A DNA stretch of 63,220 nt, the filler included, from Lenisia limosa (taxonomy: Eukaryota; Protista; Breviatea): assembly GCA_001655205.1 (NCBI GenBank). It is 7 parts of 7 records of this genome, joined end to end, with 100 filler letters (N's around TTAATTAATTAA, not from the genome) between each part and the next. Parts side by side here need not be neighbours in the genome. Positions count along the whole stretch, not along the records: positions 57,092 to 61,751 come from LPNZ01008702.1; positions 61,852 to 63,220 come from LPNZ01007271.1; 5 more parts are not named here. One strand, given 5' to 3'. Numbering within the stretch: the stretch's first letter is position 1; each line of letters starts with the position of its first letter. Position numbers and translations under genes: made by a program. A model generated the notes under the pieces. The model was not told the origin of the DNA. It made no database searches and worked only from the letters and a program-made list of their open reading frames with translations. Of the stretch, positions 59,745 through 63,220 are shown piece by piece.

Positions 59745-61552
59745 ATGTCAGAAACTGGAGAGTAGGCGTCTTCCTTATGAGGCTGTTTAACTGTTTGTAG
59801 GATTGCAACGCCCCCTGGCCCTTCTAAGGTTTGATTGTATACAATGTAGGTTACTTAGCTTAAACAGGCTGGTGATGAAGAACGCCGTCTTCTGAGAGAG
59901 AAACTACGCGCCAAAAGAAAGCAGGTTTGCTTGATCAAGTTGTGGAGAAATAGGTGTAAGGTGTGGCTTGCAACATGTTTTTAGGTGATGATCGGGGGCT
60001 TTTTGGAACGAAGGAGTGTTGGGTTCGTTATTTGACCAATAAATCGTGTGGCTTGGCTGTGTGAATAGCATTACTGACCTTGCCTTTTGTGTTACATATG
60101 TAGAGATGAGAAGTTAATTAGTTTGTCTCTAACCGAAGTCGTCCACCATCATTATAGCATACTATTAATTCACCCAATCATTTGCCTTACAACTGTGCAC
60201 GGCAGCTTTCTACTTGCCTTCCTTTTGTGTTGCGTAGTGTTGCCAATAGCGTTGTCGGTTTTTGTCACAAATTCATAATGTTCACCCCCGCCTCTACTGT
60301 TCAAAGGCTGGCTCGGACTTGGTTTTGTTTTTATATCAGCCATTCATCATCCGCGTGATGCTAATACATTTTGGGTTATGGGGGGCTTTGGCCAGGTACT
60401 CCTCCTTCAGTTCTCAGTTCCACATGTTGTGGGTAGAGCTTCACTTCGGTTCGAAAAAGTCTGCGTTTCTCGAAAAATCCTCGAAAACTATCGATATTTT
60501 ACCGGTCTTTTTCGAACCGAAGTGAAACCCTAATCATAACATAATTATGGTAACTTTTTAGATGTTCACGTACCTCCCCCGAACCTCTGGCAACCGCGCG
60601 ACTTCAAAGAGATGATTCGTGGGGAGGGGTGAAGAATGTACTTAGGGCTTCGGTTTTCCCTTTTAATCCCCCTCCCTTCTGTCTCACAAAATAGCCCTCC
60701 AGCCCGACCGTGATTTGAAGGGTCATATGGTTCTTCGACGAGATGATGTCACCGAAACCATCGTCAGACTACTCAAGTGCGCAAGGGGGGGGGGGGNNNN
60801 NNNNNNNNNNNNNNNNNNNNNNNNNNNNNNNNNNNNNNNNNNNNNNNNNNNNNNNNNNNNNNNGAAAAGTTATGATAACATAATACGTTGAACTTACCTT
60901 TTTAAGAATATAGGAGCTACATCATGCCCTTTTATCAAAAAACTTACCATATACGGATGATAATATGAGCAACCCCTTACCATTTTAGGAACATTGTGAT
61001 AGACAATAAGAACCACCGTCGCCTTGTTGCTCGAACAGAAGAGGTGGTTCAAGCCCTTTATTGCGTCCTGGCTATTGATAGAGCTGAGGTGGGAGAGTAA
61101 AGTTGGAATTGGAAATCGCGGATGTGTCAAAAATGTCAAATTATCCTTACTGGCGAACTACCGTAATGTGTACCAATACTTGGTTTCAACCCTTTCCTCG
61201 TTCTTCCATGTTGCAAGGGCTTCACTTCGTTTCGAAAAACAAACTGAAATGCGATAAATCCTCGAAACCTATCGATATTTCACCGTTTTTTCCGAACCGA
61301 AGTGAAGCCCGACATATTGCCCCTGTCGAATAGTCTAGATATAGCAATATACTGATGGATTTTAGCCTGACTACCCCCCCCCCCTAAGGCTAAATATACC
61401 AATTCAAGACTTATCATAAAAAATCGGTCAAGACTTATCATGGTCGTATATCCACCTAACCTATCAGGCTGGAGTCCACCCACTTCTCCGTGCCTCCACC
61501 CTGCCCTTGTCGAATGTTGCCACTGAAGCTCTTGAAACACTGACCATCATGG
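59745..61552 (+). CDS. Uncharacterised multi-exon gene with an ARM-like helical repeat (3' partial)
   Basis: MSETG|EIATPPGPSK|AGDEERRLLREKLRAKRKQ|...DVHVPPPNLWQPRDFKEMI|RRDDVTETIVRLLK|RTEEVVQALYCVLAIDRAE|AGVHPLLRASTLPLSNVATEALETLTIM. Confidence 0.5.
60434..60532. mobile_element. MITE family 1, full length, 5 nt from a 5' splice site
   Basis: TAGAGCTTCACTTCGGTTCGAAAAAG...CTTTTTCGAACCGAAGTGAAACCCTA. Confidence 0.85.
61216..61310. mobile_element. MITE family 1, full length
   Basis: AGGGCTTCACTTCGTTTCGAAAAA...TTTTTCCGAACCGAAGTGAAGCCC. Confidence 0.85.
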
Positions 61553-61751
61553 TGAGCGATTGGACATTGATTGCCCTTGTCTCCTTCGAGTTGATTTTTT
61601 ATTTTATTGTCTTTACTCTTATATCAACCCAAAGCTCATTAATTCATTCAATCCATTTCCACTCCCTCCAAATTCCTCTTTTCCTGACACAACGCTTTTA
61701 GAACAGAAACACTTTATTTTTGCCTATTTTCCATTTCCCCCCTTCCTTACA

Positions 61752-61851
61752 NNNNNNNNNNNNNNNNNNNNNNNNNNNNNNNNNNNNNNNNNNNNTTAAT
61801 TAATTAANNNNNNNNNNNNNNNNNNNNNNNNNNNNNNNNNNNNNNNNNNNN
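61752..61851. other. Artificial scaffold linker
   Basis: 44 N + TTAATTAATTAA + 44 N. Confidence 0.97.
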
Positions 61852-61899
61852 CAAACACACAAAGGTTAAAAACAAAAAAACAAACAAAGCTCAGGCGTC

Positions 61900-63165
61900 G
61901 CTTGGTAAGACGGTGTGGTCTGAGTATTGTAATAATACGAGGGGTGTGACATAAACAAGTTTTTGGTGTTGATTGCGGGTCAAACGCTGAAGATTGTGCT
62001 AGGATTTCACTCCAATCCAAAAAAAAAGAAGGGGAAACTATCGATTAATATCTCGAAGATTTCTTAGAAATTGCGCTCTGTTCTGACCAATTTACTCAAA
62101 AACCCAGCCCAACCAGTTGGCGGCGGCGGACGATGGGATGGCAACGGGTTTTGCAGCGATGAGAGGCTCATGTGCCGACGGCCTGCCTCGGACGCTGCCG
62201 TGAGGAAACGGATCGGATCNNNNNNNNNNNNNNNNNNNNNNNNNNNNNNNNNNNNNNNNNNNNNNNNNNNNNNNNNNNNNNNNNNNNNNNNNNNNNNNNN
62301 NNNNNNNNNNNNNNNNNNNNNNNNNNNNNNNNNNNNNNNNNCGTCAAACAGTTATTGAAAAACGAACATTGTTGAATCTTCGTTAAAACAACAAAACAAA
62401 GCCCGGGCTAGTCGCTTCTGCTGAATTGAAACTTATAAAAACAAAAAATCAAACCATCAACTCTTTGACAGATGTGAAGAAAGAAACAAAAAAATCAACC
62501 ATTGAATTCATCCTTCATACTGCATAGTGCTTGTTGATCGGCTGATCTGAAACGGGTCGGAAGCCTGACACTAAGGATTCTGACGGATCTGAGGCAATAA
62601 GTTCAGTTCACTTCACCGGGAAAAAATTCCAGTATTATATGATAACGCATTTTTGAGTATGTAACACATCTATCAGCGAAAAGTATAGAAATGATACACC
62701 AGATCTCCACTAACAACCACTGACCTGAGAATTGTGTGTTTGATGGGGAGACACGGCCATGTTCGTCATGGGCAAAACTACACAGTGAGCGGGGGACTTT
62801 TTGGAAAGTAGAATATCATGTGTATGTGTGACACTATTCCAAAGATAATGCAGACGTGATATGTAGACATTAGCAAATAATAATAAAAACAAAGAAAGCA
62901 TCAAGCAGTTCATTATACCGCTGCATTTGACATATCAATATGACGATGTGAGCTTATACTACAAAAAAAACTGGCTATTACCTCAATGATAAACGCAGAG
63001 AACCCCCCTCCCTTCCCAGATCATTAACTTGCCCACTTTGGAGACGTTGACCTGGACTGCAGGGGTGTTGTCAGCTGCGACACAGACACCATGGGCGTAG
63101 AGTGCATGAAAAGCTGCGTGGTCAGGGATGCAGCAGTGGGGGACATAACACCCTGCAGATTGAGA
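61900..63165 (-). CDS. Fragments of a Ser/Pro-rich low-complexity spliced gene
   Basis: Exon-like pieces ending at GT donors: LNLQGVMSPTAASLTTQLFMHSTPMVSVSQLTTPLQSRSTSPK; SESLVSGFRPVSDQPINKHYA; RFLTAASEAGRRHMSLSSLQNPLPSHRPPPPT. Confidence 0.35.
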
Positions 63166-63220
63166 TCTAAAACAGGCACATTATACCCCCTCCACGGATT
63201 GGGATTTGAACAAGCTCCCG

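Noticed and set aside
60429-60560. MITE family 1 as an Introner that creates whole introns
   Set aside because: In the copies examined, the GT and AG lie outside the element (5-40 nt away), so it inserts into existing introns.

Overview
Draft assembly of an intron-rich microbial eukaryote. It uses the standard code (TAA, TAG and TGA all end genes), has introns as short as about 35 nt, and the species cannot be determined from this window. The window is not one locus: six identical 100-nt spacers (44 N + TTAATTAATTAA + 44 N) join seven separate scaffolds. I spliced the genes by hand, because the ORF track mostly shows exon fragments and antisense shadows. Recognisable genes: a secreted C45 peptidase, a PQ-loop transporter, a glucosyltransferase-like fragment, a papain-family protease C-terminus, a TM+RING E3-like gene, FGFR1OP/CEP43-TON1-like, an ankyrin gene, ANKZF1/VMS1, SNU13, PTH2, an F-BAR protein, ARL8, WDR89, a Patched-family protein and an ARM-like gene. 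Best candidates for new biology: (1) polar intron architecture, with G-tracts after 5' splice sites and C-tracts before 3' splice sites on both strands, plus a specific motif found in opposite orientations at donors and acceptors; (2) an ~11 kb GC-rich gene encoding LRR + very long coiled coil + Sec16-type C-terminal motifs, with no visible Sec16 core domain; (3) an abundant ~100-bp intronic MITE family (at least 15 copies) and smaller hairpin elements; (4) a membrane protein whose amphipathic repeats each occupy their own exon. No rRNA, tRNA, CRISPR array or autonomous transposase was found. All exon boundaries and family calls come from manual reading and motif recall, not from database searches.
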